From NCBI GenBank assembly GCA_039811685.1, contig JBDHZC010000005.1, forward strand, positions 64,001 to 128,000: 64,000 bases of DNA. The letters are read 5' to 3'. The translations under genes and the position numbers were made by a program. Below the pieces are notes generated by a model. That model ran no database searches. It was given only the letters and a program-made list of their open reading frames with translations, and was not told the origin of the DNA. Origin of the DNA: Armatimonadota bacterium. GTDB taxonomy: Bacteria; Armatimonadota; UBA5829; DSUL01. Shown here in pieces: positions 16,858 to 26,182 of the stretch. Each line of letters opens with the position of its first letter. The stretch's first letter is position 1.

Positions 16858-17772
16858 ATGACGAAGATGGTAGCGCTGGTTCTAATCTGCGGGTGGTTCG
16901 GCTGGGGTGGTGTCTGTGCTGCGGGGCCGGCTACCCCTGTCACCGCCACAAATGGCTCAGCGACTCGTTCACCGGATTGTGACGAGGCGAGTGTCCCTGA
17001 ATTGATTGCCATCCTTCGTGAGCGTGGAACCTTTGCTGTCCGTGCAGCACAGCTCCTTGCGGATCGCCACGCGACGTCTGCAATTCCGGATCTCGCGCTG
17101 TTGTTGACGGATCCGAAAATCTCTCTGCGGATAAATGCGGCGCGTGCAATGGCGCTCCTGGGAGACCGGAGCGGGTTACCAGTGCTGCGGGCGGCGCTGA
17201 CAGAGGGTGACGATTTCCACGCCTCTATCGCGGCCGCTTTTCTGGCGCAGCTTGGCGACGACAGTGGGCGCGCGGTTTTGGAGAGGGAACTCAGTAGTCA
17301 AAACTGGATCGACCGGAGGCAGGCCCTGTACGCATTGGCGCTTCTTCCGGATGGTCTGTCTGATGTGGCTGTTGCAGCGGCTCTAGAGGACGAAAGGCCG
17401 GAGGTACAAAGAAGCGCGTTTCGTGTGGCCTGGAAAAATGCGTCTGATAGGGTGCGGGAGGTGTTGATTAAAAAGACACAGTCCCCGGATCCGCTTACCC
17501 GCTGGCGGGCGACTGAGGCCCTGTTTATGAGTAACCCGCACCGAAACGCAGAGATTGCTATTGGCATGATTACGGATCCGGACCGCCTCGTACAGGGACA
17601 AACATCCATGATGCTGGCGCATTTCTCCCGTGTGGCTGTGCCTCGGGTGAGCGGGTGGATGAGGAGTGCCGAGCGGGCAAGAGATCTCAAGCAGGCGTAT
17701 CTGGAGTGGCTGGCGGTTAACAGGGACGTGGCGTTCCCGCCAACCGAGCCGGCGCCGCCTGCACCGCAATAG
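16858..17772 (+). CDS. Exported HEAT/PBS-lyase repeat protein (last array gene)
   Basis: GGAGG RBS before ATG 16858; signal-like N-terminus; LLTDPKISLRINAARAMALLGDRSG repeats. Confidence 0.85.
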   Translation: MTKMVALVLICGWFGWGGVCAAGPATPVTATNGSATRSPDCDEASVPELIAILRERGTFAVRAAQLLADRHATSAIPDLALLLTDPKISLRINAARAMALLGDRSGLPVLRAALTEGDDFHASIAAAFLAQLGDDSGRAVLERELSSQNWIDRRQALYALALLPDGLSDVAVAAALEDERPEVQRSAFRVAWKNASDRVREVLIKKTQSPDPLTRWRATEALFMSNPHRNAEIAIGMITDPDRLVQGQTSMMLAHFSRVAVPRVSGWMRSAERARDLKQAYLEWLAVNRDVAFPPTEPAPPAPQ

Positions 17773-17820
17773 CAGCGGCTGCGAGCGGGCAAACGCTCAT
17801 TCAGTCGGAGATACGCACGC

Positions 17821-17852
17821 AAAAGTAAGGGGGCAGCCGGTTGGCCGCCCCC
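17821..17852 (-). terminator. Intrinsic terminator after the PEP-CTERM gene
   Basis: Minus strand GGGGGCGGCC-AACC-GGCTGCCCCC followed by TTACTTTT. Confidence 0.65.
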
Positions 17853-17884
17853 AATTGCTTGAATCACGCTGTGGATGAGACGCT

Positions 17885-18775
17885 CTACACCCGCTTGCGG
17901 CGAACCACCCCTGCCAGTGATACCAGGCCGGCTCCCAGCGCGAGCAGGGAACCCGGCTCAGGCACCAGCGTCAGCGAGAAGTCATCAAAGTAGCCAGTCT
18001 GGCTTCCGAACTTTGAGTTCACTTCTATAACATTGTAGCCGTAGTTGAGCACGGAATTATGAGTCAGCGTCGGATTCACCATGTCGTCAATGTAGAACCA
18101 GACGTCGTTTGTGCCGTCGCCGAGCGCAGGCCCAACCACGATGCGCGCCTGATGCCAACCAACGCTTCTGCTGGTGCTGGTGTTGAACCATCCGTTAGGG
18201 CCGCCGTAGCCGTCGCTGGACCCGACAACGCGAGCCTGATACTTGCTGGTATCCCCGGTGCTTTGCGCTCCCAGTGAAAGCCGCTGGATCTTGCTGGCGC
18301 CGGCGTTCAGGCTGCCCGATCCAGGATAGTCAGTGCCGGAAGGCGCCGTGTTGTAATAGCCAAGAGCGACGTAGTCCTTGAAGTTGCCGTCACCCGCGCC
18401 ACCGACGTCGTAGAACCACCAGTCGAGCGTCAGATTCCCGGTAAAGACGTTGCCGCCGTTGAAGCGATAGGCGATATTCAACCAGTTCTGGTCAATGTCT
18501 GCCCCGCCTACGAAGGCTCCGCGAAGCATGTGGTCACCACTGTGGGGCGTGACGCCGCTGTCGGTCGAAACTACCTGTCCGTTTGGCGGGTTGGGGCCGA
18601 ACCAGGGGTTGCCGGACCCGTTTGGCGCCGAGTTCGCGCCACCGGGGGCATTCTTGTCGAGCGCGCCGATATTGGCGCCCTCAAATCCGTCTGTAAAGAC
18701 GGGAGCCGCCTGCGCCGTGAAAGCTGTGGCCACAACCAAAAGTCCCACCGCGCAGAGGAGCATTCCTCTTTTCAT
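17885..18775 (-). CDS. PEP-CTERM sorting-domain protein
   Basis: Signal peptide MKRGMLL; C-terminal VPEPGSLLALGAGLVSLAGVVRRKR; GAAGGAG RBS. Confidence 0.92.
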   Translation of the reverse strand: MKRGMLLCAVGLLVVATAFTAQAAPVFTDGFEGANIGALDKNAPGGANSAPNGSGNPWFGPNPPNGQVVSTDSGVTPHSGDHMLRGAFVGGADIDQNWLNIAYRFNGGNVFTGNLTLDWWFYDVGGAGDGNFKDYVALGYYNTAPSGTDYPGSGSLNAGASKIQRLSLGAQSTGDTSKYQARVVGSSDGYGGPNGWFNTSTSRSVGWHQARIVVGPALGDGTNDVWFYIDDMVNPTLTHNSVLNYGYNVIEVNSKFGSQTGYFDDFSLTLVPEPGSLLALGAGLVSLAGVVRRKRV

Positions 18776-18854
18776 ACTTTCTCCTTCTGTCTGCCTGCAG
18801 TCAGCCGATCTTACGCCGGCTTGCACTCTAGCAGTACACAAACGTACTTAATTT

Positions 18855-18883
18855 AGAATATCACTGCGTACTTATAGAGTCAA
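18855..18883 (-). promoter_or_regulatory. sigma70-type promoter of the PEP-CTERM gene
   Basis: Minus strand TTGACT-17 nt-TATTCT. Confidence 0.6.
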
Positions 18884-19030
18884 CTGGTAATTTGGTGTCA
18901 AAATCTCATCCTTTTTCCAGGTGAAGCGCAGAAAGCGCAGGATGCCTTTACTGTTGCGCGACCGGACCGGTGTCTGACGTATTTGCATTCGGATTGCGCT
19001 AAGGCCACCGCCCGTGGTATACTCCTGCGT

Positions 19031-19048
19031 CTGTGAAAGTCGTCACAG
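19031..19048 (+). promoter_or_regulatory. Rex operator (probable autoregulation)
   Basis: CTGTGAA-AGTC-GTCACAG resembles the Rex consensus TTGTGAA-N4-TTCACAA; lies just downstream of TGG-TATACT extended -10 at 19015-19023. Confidence 0.75.
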
Positions 19049-19185
19049 GCTTTGCACTTACAGAGACGATGGCCACTTCTTGAGGGCAGAGCCAGCGCAA
19101 CAGAGTTCCACAGACACATAGTTGAGGGTGGAATCAGAACCACGGCCGACTGTGGCAACTCCGCCTGCTGCTCGTAAATGCTCGC

Positions 19186-19818
19186 ATGAACCAACAGACC
19201 CAAAAGGTGCCGGTGCCGACTCTGGAGCGCATGGCAAGATATCTTGCCTGCCTGCTTGATCTCGACGCAAAAAGCGTTGAGACGATCTCTTCCGCGGACA
19301 TGGAGCGCTATACGGACGTCAACGCCGCTCAATTCCGCAAAGATCTCTCGTACTTTGGCGAGTTTGGACGTCCCGGCATCGGCTACAGCGTGCCGGAGCT
19401 CACCCGCCGGATCAGCAAGATTCTAAAAGTGGACAGAGAGCAGCCGGTGCTACTGGTAGGAGCGGGCAATCTGGGGTCGGCGCTTGCGGGCTACCCGAGT
19501 CTCTCCCGGGAACACTTCAGAATCGCTGCGGTTTTCGACAACAATCCCGCCAAGATCGGTCACAAACTCTGGGACGTAGATATTTACGACATTTCGAAGA
19601 TTGCGGAGGTCAATGCGCGGAGCATAGACGCCAGACTCGCCATTATCGCAGTGCCATCCGCAGCAGCTCAACAGGTGGCGGACGCAGTTGTGAAGTGCGG
19701 GGTCACCGCTATTCTCAATTTCGCTCCAGTGACACTGCGAGTTCCGCGTGAAGTGACAGTGCGCAATGTAGATTTTGTGCAGGAGCTTGCCGTACTGTCG
19801 TTTCACCTGGCTCCCTGA
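19186..19818 (+). CDS. rex: Redox-sensing transcriptional repressor Rex
   Basis: QFRKDLSYFGEFGRPGIGY, VGAGNLG and ILNFAP motifs. Confidence 0.96.
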   Translation: MNQQTQKVPVPTLERMARYLACLLDLDAKSVETISSADMERYTDVNAAQFRKDLSYFGEFGRPGIGYSVPELTRRISKILKVDREQPVLLVGAGNLGSALAGYPSLSREHFRIAAVFDNNPAKIGHKLWDVDIYDISKIAEVNARSIDARLAIIAVPSAAAQQVADAVVKCGVTAILNFAPVTLRVPREVTVRNVDFVQELAVLSFHLAP

Positions 19819-21333
19819 ATGGCGCGCGTCAGGGATATACGCACTGTCTCGGTGCGTACAAAAATCCTCGTGCCGGTTCTCTTCATTGTTGTCGCTGTCT
19901 TTGCCGCTATTCTCTACGGCGCCGCTCTGGTACTGGAAGCGCAGCGGCACGAATACTCCCGAAGAATTGGTAGAAGAGTCTCCAGCGCTGTTGCTGGCGG
20001 GTTGCACTCCGCTCTGATGACTGGACGCAAAACCGAAGCACAGGAAGCCATCCGGGTTATGCTCTCCGAAGCGGACCTCCCTCCCAGTCAAATCGCTATT
20101 CGCAAGCTGGACGGCGCTTACTGGATTCGCGGCGGCGACAATACAATCCCGCCGCATTCGTTTGCGCTGAAACCGTCTCTAAAGGAGAACTCCAGCCGAG
20201 AGTTCAGCGTTGGCGCTGCCCGTTTCATCAATACCACATCAGTTCTCCCGAATGAGCCTGAGTGTCAAAGCTGTCACAGCCCCGCCACCCGAGTGCTCGG
20301 CTATCTCGAAGTGGACCTTCCCGTGGTCTGGGTGCGCCAGCGCCACCAGGCGACTCTCACGGCTATCGCCGTTATTGCGGGGCTGACGCTTCTGCTGCTG
20401 GCTGTTGCAATCGTTTTGTCCGTCCAGATAGCGGTTGTTACGCCGATCAAGGGTCTGGCAAGCGCTATGACGGTGGTTAAGGGCGGGCATCGCGATGTTC
20501 AGGTGGAAGCCGGACCGGAAGACGAGATCGGCATGCTGAGCAGACGGTTCAACGAGATGGTGGATGAAGTGGCTGAGGCGGAACACTCTCTTGTCGAAAA
20601 AGAGCACCAGCTTGCGCGGGCGGAGAAGCTGGCTGGGATTGGGCTGATGGCTGCGGGAATCGCCCACGAGATAAATAACCCGCTGACCGCTGTGTCGATG
20701 GCCGCGGAGAGTATCAATCTCCCCAACGCCACACAAGAGCAGCGGCAAAGGCTGAGCGCCTACATTCTGGAGGGTACGCGGCGAATCCAGGATATTGTGG
20801 CTGAGCTTCTGACGCTGGATCAGAAGCGAGCTTTGAATGTGACTGAGCAGGACGTTGCGGAGATCGTCCACGCCGCGCTGGCTGGCAGACAGATTCCCGG
20901 TAACATCACGGTGCACGCCAGTTTGGCTCCGGATCTTCCAAAAGTTCACGTGGACTGGGAACGAATTGTGAGGGCAATCGGCAACCTTGTGAAAAACGCT
21001 CTCCAGGCGATGCCTGACGGGGGAGAATTGACTTTGTCTGCAGAAGCTGGAAAAGGCGAGGTACTGATTGACATCAAGGATACAGGTGGAGGTATAGCCC
21101 CCGAACATCTCCACCGCATTTTTGATCCTTTTTTCAGCACGCGGGAGGTCGGAGAAGGCTTTGGACTGGGACTGGCTTTTGCGCACGCTGTGGTGAAGCA
21201 GCACGGGGGGGACATAACAGTCAGCAGCGAACCTGGCCGTGGAACGGCATTTACAATCTCGTTGCCCGTTGAGCCGGGAGCGAACCCAGAGGAACCTGGT
21301 GATTCCAGGGACGTGTCAGAGATGGAGGAATAG
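19819..21333 (+). CDS. Membrane sensor histidine kinase with HAMP domain and periplasmic CxxCH motif
   Basis: Two TM segments, CQSCH, DEIGML, AHEINNPL, N/G1/F/G2 boxes. Confidence 0.92.
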   Translation: MARVRDIRTVSVRTKILVPVLFIVVAVFAAILYGAALVLEAQRHEYSRRIGRRVSSAVAGGLHSALMTGRKTEAQEAIRVMLSEADLPPSQIAIRKLDGAYWIRGGDNTIPPHSFALKPSLKENSSREFSVGAARFINTTSVLPNEPECQSCHSPATRVLGYLEVDLPVVWVRQRHQATLTAIAVIAGLTLLLLAVAIVLSVQIAVVTPIKGLASAMTVVKGGHRDVQVEAGPEDEIGMLSRRFNEMVDEVAEAEHSLVEKEHQLARAEKLAGIGLMAAGIAHEINNPLTAVSMAAESINLPNATQEQRQRLSAYILEGTRRIQDIVAELLTLDQKRALNVTEQDVAEIVHAALAGRQIPGNITVHASLAPDLPKVHVDWERIVRAIGNLVKNALQAMPDGGELTLSAEAGKGEVLIDIKDTGGGIAPEHLHRIFDPFFSTREVGEGFGLGLAFAHAVVKQHGGDITVSSEPGRGTAFTISLPVEPGANPEEPGDSRDVSEMEE

Positions 21334-21340
21334 CAGGGAT

Positions 21341-21961
21341 ATGCCTAAGCGAGTCTGGACAGCAGAGCGTGTTGTCGAGGAAATACAGCAACTCGAGAAA
21401 TCGGGCGTCGATCTGAGGCACGGTTCTGTCCAGGACGAGCACAAGAGGCTGGTAAGCGCGGCGATCCGTTACTTTGGAAGCTGGAGAGCGGCGGTTGAAG
21501 CCTCAGGGCTTGACTATGAAAAGCTGCGGCAGTCCTCTGAAGAGCAGCGCCTTCAGAAGATTGGAAAATGGTCGGAGGAGAGGATTCTTGCGGAAATCAA
21601 GGATCTGAAGGACAAAGGAGACGATCTGCGCGCTGTGATGGTCAAGAACAAGTACCCCGCGCTGTTCTCAGCGGCGGTCAGCCCCAGGTACTTTGGCAAC
21701 TGGCGAAAAGCTCTGACAGCGGCGGGAGTGGACTACGATACAGTGCTGTCCCGGTCCCCGCGCGGGCGTCCAAAAAGGACCGACGTCTGGCACGCAGGGC
21801 TGATTCTGCAGAAAATCCGTGAGATGCATGCGAAGGGGCAGAGCCTGGAGTCCGAGGCGATATCTTCGCACTATCCCCGCCTTCTCCGGCTTGCGACAAT
21901 GCGCTTTGGAAGCTGGCACTCTGCGGTGGATGAGGCCCTCTCAAAAGACAACTCCGCATAG
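21341..21961 (+). CDS. Protein with three homing-endonuclease-associated-type (FGSW..A) repeats, putative DNA-binding
   Basis: Repeats RYFGSWRAAVEASGLDY, RYFGNWRKALTAAGVDY, RFGSWHSAV; no nuclease motif seen. Confidence 0.7.
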   Translation: MPKRVWTAERVVEEIQQLEKSGVDLRHGSVQDEHKRLVSAAIRYFGSWRAAVEASGLDYEKLRQSSEEQRLQKIGKWSEERILAEIKDLKDKGDDLRAVMVKNKYPALFSAAVSPRYFGNWRKALTAAGVDYDTVLSRSPRGRPKRTDVWHAGLILQKIREMHAKGQSLESEAISSHYPRLLRLATMRFGSWHSAVDEALSKDNSA

Positions 21962-22013
21962 TTGCGCTCTTTTCTTACGGGCTTCGATATGGCTGACGGC
22001 GCACACAGCGCGG

Positions 22014-22042
22014 TTGACGTTGCGCGTGCAAAGCTTTATTAT
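22014..22042 (+). promoter_or_regulatory. sigma70-type promoter, probably leaderless transcript
   Basis: TTGACG-17 nt-TATTAT, 8 nt before GTG 22051. Confidence 0.7.
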
Positions 22043-22050
22043 ACGGTCAC

Positions 22051-22830
22051 GTGAGCAGGGCGCTTTATATCTTCGACCTTGACGGCGTCATCTACCGCGG
22101 AGACACTCCTCAACCCCACGCAGCCGACTGTATCCGGCGATTGACGGCTGCCGGACACGCCATCTATTATCTGACCAACAACGCATCGCGAACGCGCGAG
22201 AGCTTCGCGCAGAAGTTGTCCGCAATGGATATTCCCACCGAACCTCGGCAGGTGATGAACAGCTCGTACGGTACGGTCTTGTGGCTGCGAGAGTTTGGAC
22301 AGGTGGCAAGTACTGTGATGGTTGTGGGGGAGCAAGGCTGTTTTGATGAGTTGAACGCCGGAGGAATGCGGACTGTGACGCCAGGTGACGGGCATCAGCC
22401 AGACTACGTGGTAGTTGGCATTGACCGGAGCTTCACCTACCAGAAGCTCTGGCAGGCTCAGACGGCGATTCTGAACGGCGCTGTTTTCATCGCCACGAAC
22501 CGGGACTCGACTTTCCCGTATGAAAGCGGCATCGCTCCGGGCGCTGGCTCGATTGTTGCGGCAGTCGCGGAGGCAGTGGGACGCCAACCGTTTACAATAG
22601 GCAAACCAGAAACATTTCTGCTGGATCAGGTTATCAAGGATTCGGGAATCGCGCGGGAGCGCGCTATCATGGTGGGAGACCGGCTGGATACAGACATTGC
22701 GGCTGGCAACAGGGCCGGGGTAAAGACTGTACTGGCGCTCGGCGGAGTGGCGAGCCGTGAAGATGCGGCTATCGCTGAAGAGGAAATGCGCCCGCAAGTC
22801 ATCATTGACAATCTCTCGGAGCTTGAGTAG
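22051..22830 (+). CDS. HAD-IIA family hydrolase (NagD-like)
   Basis: FDLDGV, LTNN, GKP and MVGDRLDTDI motifs. Confidence 0.93.
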   Translation: MSRALYIFDLDGVIYRGDTPQPHAADCIRRLTAAGHAIYYLTNNASRTRESFAQKLSAMDIPTEPRQVMNSSYGTVLWLREFGQVASTVMVVGEQGCFDELNAGGMRTVTPGDGHQPDYVVVGIDRSFTYQKLWQAQTAILNGAVFIATNRDSTFPYESGIAPGAGSIVAAVAEAVGRQPFTIGKPETFLLDQVIKDSGIARERAIMVGDRLDTDIAAGNRAGVKTVLALGGVASREDAAIAEEEMRPQVIIDNLSELE

Positions 22831-23517
22831 GTGTCAATTCTGGCAATCGGTGCGGCAGATTCATCTGGCTTGTCCGGGCTTTGGATGTATGCTCACAGCG
22901 CAGAGTGTGACTGCCGGATATTCCCTGTGACCGCGTGCGTGATCGCCAGGAGCAGAGATGGCCGCGTCAAAGCAGTATCCGCAACCCCGCCAACGATTAT
23001 CGCGCGCCAGATTGATGCCGCTACTGAGATAGAGCATCCACAGGCCTGCATCGTCGGGATGCTGGCGCGGCATCAGGCGGTGCACAGGGTGGCGGAACGG
23101 ATTCAGAGGCGAGAGATCTGCAACATTGTCCTGGCGCCGGTGTTAGGGCGCGAAGACGGGCGCGATCTGATGACAGCGCAGGGGATCAAGCAGACCAGAA
23201 GGCAGCTTGTCCCGCTGGCTGATATCATCGTTGGTGATGCGCAGACACTTCAAAGCCTTGCCAACAGTGAACGGGGCGTTGCTGCCGCGGCACAGGCACT
23301 GAGAGATAACGGTGCGAAAAGCGTCATTGCGCTCTGGCAGCAGGCGGACAAGTTTGTCTGCCGCGTGTTTGCCGGGCAAACGGCGCAGTTCTCTCTGGGT
23401 CCGGGAAGCCAGATGGACCAGACGCTCATCGACAGGCTCGCTGTTGCTTCGGCGCTGAGTCTTACGGAGGGCAAGAGCCTCACGGAGCGCCTGAGTCAGT
23501 GGAGCGCCGGGTGTTAG
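22831..23517 (+). CDS. Divergent ThiD/PfkB-like kinase homolog
   Basis: ILAIGAADSSGLSG N-terminus resembles ThiD; canonical C-terminal HGTGC is absent. Confidence 0.65.
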   Translation: MSILAIGAADSSGLSGLWMYAHSAECDCRIFPVTACVIARSRDGRVKAVSATPPTIIARQIDAATEIEHPQACIVGMLARHQAVHRVAERIQRREICNIVLAPVLGREDGRDLMTAQGIKQTRRQLVPLADIIVGDAQTLQSLANSERGVAAAAQALRDNGAKSVIALWQQADKFVCRVFAGQTAQFSLGPGSQMDQTLIDRLAVASALSLTEGKSLTERLSQWSAGC

Positions 23518-23617
23518 TCAACTCAGGCTCAGCCGCTGCAGCAGGAAGTGGAATCTGCGTGTGCGGGTAGAGTACGGGGACAAAGAGCTATACGGATTGT
23601 TCGGTGATTTTTAGCAG

Positions 23618-24352
23618 ATGGCTGAGCTGAAACAACAACATTTTGACAGTGGTGAATACTGGATAAAGCGGCACGAAGAGTTCGATCGCTCGCATCAGGC
23701 GACCGGGCTTCTCGGCTCTTCAGAGCGATCCAACACCGTGCTCTACGATCTGCGCAGACAGGCGCTGATGGAGGCGATTGGCTCCGTCGATCTCAGTGGG
23801 CGGCGCGTGCTGGACGCGGGCTGCGGGCTTGGCGACTTCTCCCGGTTTTACAAGGAACGCGGGGCGCTGGTGAGCGGGTGTGATATCTCAGATCTGGCGG
23901 CTGAGAAGTGTCAGCAGGCGGGACTTGGTACTTTCCGGGCCGGACGCTTGAAGGACATCCCCACGCTTTTCCCCGGACAGACCTTTGACATTGTTCACTG
24001 CTTTGACGTCCTGTATCACATTGTGGACGATGAGGAGTGGCGCGAAACGCTGGATGCTTTCGAACAGGTCTCAGGACCAGAAACAGTCTGGTATATTATC
24101 GAGCTTGCGCGGGCGAAAGGGTCTTCTGTTCACGTGAAGGTCCGCGGTACACGTACTTACGGGCAAGAGCTGGCAAAGCGCGGGCGCTTCATCGCGCGTG
24201 ACCGTCGTATCCACTGGTTGCTGAGTGTCTTTCCGCGCCTGCACGCCCTCAATCCCCGGCTGTCCTATGCCTTCGAGCGTCTGACAAAGTGGAGCCCGAC
24301 GGCGAAGGCGCCGAGGGGAGCGCTGTGGACGATAAAGCGGGGGCAGGCATGA
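23618..24352 (+). CDS. Class I SAM-dependent methyltransferase
   Basis: VLDAGCGLG motif I; FDIVHCFDVLYH. Confidence 0.9.
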   Translation: MAELKQQHFDSGEYWIKRHEEFDRSHQATGLLGSSERSNTVLYDLRRQALMEAIGSVDLSGRRVLDAGCGLGDFSRFYKERGALVSGCDISDLAAEKCQQAGLGTFRAGRLKDIPTLFPGQTFDIVHCFDVLYHIVDDEEWRETLDAFEQVSGPETVWYIIELARAKGSSVHVKVRGTRTYGQELAKRGRFIARDRRIHWLLSVFPRLHALNPRLSYAFERLTKWSPTAKAPRGALWTIKRGQA

Positions 24353-24398
24353 TGGCGTATGCAATCAAAGCGATGCACGCAGAAAGGCTTTCTGGTCT

Positions 24399-25139
24399 GT
24401 GGCCTCTTTGCTGAAGGCTCTGAGGCTTGGCGCGGCTTCGGCGCGGGTGAAGGATCCCGCGATGAGCGAAGCGCTTCGCGAGGGCGCATCAGCCTGGGGA
24501 AGTGTGACGGGCTGGTCCATTCATCCGGATGCTCTCGGCGCACTTGCTGAATATGTCCCAGACAGCTCGGTACGTGTAATCGAGTGTGGATCGGGCTACT
24601 CAACCGGCGTCCTGCACCTGTGGGCCCGAAAGCGTAGGGCAGCATGCTCTGTGACCAGCTATGAACACGAGGACGAACAGATTGAGCGTTTGCACAGTGT
24701 TCTGGACGGGGAGGCTCTGAACGGAGTTGTCAAATCCAGCCTCAGCCAGCTCACGGAGCACCGGTTTCGGGAATTGCTTGGGTCCGGCGCAAACGCAGTA
24801 AACTACTGGAAGCAGTGGGCAGACCCTCTTCCACATGACCTCTACTCCACAACCCGCGTCTCCCGCGTCTTCTACACAGAGCTTGCCGAGAATCCGCCAA
24901 CACTTTCAGACGATGAGACGCTGGTGGTCATCCTGGACGGGCCGCACGGCAACGGCCGCTCGGTCGCGTTTCCGATTCTGGCCGCCTCTTCAAAGCGCGA
25001 GTCCATCTGGCTGATTGACGACTACGACCACTACCCCTTTGTTGAGGAGATGAGCCAGGTCTATGCGCTTTCGGATCAGCAGACGCGCCACGAAGGCACA
25101 AAGCGCTGGACTATCGTCCGCGCGACACCAAAGAGCTGA
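24399..25139 (+). CDS. Methyltransferase-like hypothetical protein (start uncertain)
   Basis: VIECGSGYST, SYEH, LDGP and LIDD motifs. Confidence 0.65.
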   Translation: MASLLKALRLGAASARVKDPAMSEALREGASAWGSVTGWSIHPDALGALAEYVPDSSVRVIECGSGYSTGVLHLWARKRRAACSVTSYEHEDEQIERLHSVLDGEALNGVVKSSLSQLTEHRFRELLGSGANAVNYWKQWADPLPHDLYSTTRVSRVFYTELAENPPTLSDDETLVVILDGPHGNGRSVAFPILAASSKRESIWLIDDYDHYPFVEEMSQVYALSDQQTRHEGTKRWTIVRATPKS

Positions 25140-25147
25140 GAGGCGAC

Positions 25148-26167
25148 TTGAAAGTCCTGCACGCCGGGATATTCCAGGATCATGAGCTTGGCGGGGACAT
25201 CATCCTTGAAAAGGGTCTGCAGCAGAACGGCTGCGAAGTCGAACGCTTCGAGTTTCGTGAACTAGCACAGCGCGAAGGACCGGAAGCGATGAACCGCGCG
25301 CTGTTGGAGCATGGAGGCGACGCGGATCTGGTTTTTATCGGCAAGGGCAATTTCATTCGCCCGGAGACGCTTCGCGCCCTGCGCGGCAAAGGGGCGCAGG
25401 TTGCCGTGTGGTACGGGGACATCCGGCCGGAGCCCGAGCCGTGGCTGGTGGAGCTTCTTGGGGAGGTGGACGTCTTCTTCATGACCAGTGGTGGAGAGAT
25501 GCTGCGCCGGCACAAGGAGATGAGCGGTTGTGGACGTGCAGCCTACTTTTTCAACCCGACCGACCCCGAGCTTCCGGTCAAGTACAGCTATCTGCCGCGG
25601 GGAACGCAAAACGTCGTGTGGACGGGAACGATGCACGATGTCGCACAGACAGAGCGCCGCCAGACGCTGGAGTATCTTCAGACGCGCGCAGACGTCGCCT
25701 TCTACGGATTTGAGCGTCCGCGCAGCGCACTTGCGCGGCTCGCGCGGCGAGTCCAGCGGAAAATCCGCCCGAAGGGGCCGCCTCTGGTGCGCGGGGAAGC
25801 CTACATCACGGCTATCAAGAGCGCGAAAATCGGCGTGGGCGTCAGCGCGCTGCAAAATGTGACCCGCTACTCAAGCGACCGCATCTCTCACTACCTCACC
25901 TTCGGGACGTTCTACCTGGCGTGGCGCTTCCCGGAGGCAGAGCGCCTCTTTGAGCCGGGCACGGAATTGGTGACTTTTGACAGCGTAGGCGAGCTTCACC
26001 GCAAGATTGAATACTTTCTTGCCAACCCGCAGGAGCGGGAGGCCATAGCGTGGGCTGCTCAGAAGCGAGCGCTGGAGCAGTACAACACGCGGGCTGTCAC
26101 GAAGATGATGTTGGACATCCTGCAGAAAGGCCGCAGCGGGGTCTTTGAATGGGAGGAAGTCCTCTAG
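25148..26167 (+). CDS. Glycosyltransferase, CgeB/Glyco_trans_1_2-like
   Basis: YSSDRISHYLTFG and REAIAWAAQKRAL C-terminal pattern. Confidence 0.82.
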   Translation: MKVLHAGIFQDHELGGDIILEKGLQQNGCEVERFEFRELAQREGPEAMNRALLEHGGDADLVFIGKGNFIRPETLRALRGKGAQVAVWYGDIRPEPEPWLVELLGEVDVFFMTSGGEMLRRHKEMSGCGRAAYFFNPTDPELPVKYSYLPRGTQNVVWTGTMHDVAQTERRQTLEYLQTRADVAFYGFERPRSALARLARRVQRKIRPKGPPLVRGEAYITAIKSAKIGVGVSALQNVTRYSSDRISHYLTFGTFYLAWRFPEAERLFEPGTELVTFDSVGELHRKIEYFLANPQEREAIAWAAQKRALEQYNTRAVTKMMLDILQKGRSGVFEWEEVL

Positions 26168-26182
26168 CAGGCGTCACGGGCT

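Noticed and set aside
21341..21961. Mobile homing endonuclease
   Set aside because: Only the associated repeats are present; no HNH, GIY-YIG or LAGLIDADG motif and no intron or intein context
24349..24414. Possible frameshifted 5' end of the 24399 ORF (out-of-frame ATGATG overlapping the previous stop)
   Set aside because: Cannot be distinguished from a true GTG start without homologs or reads
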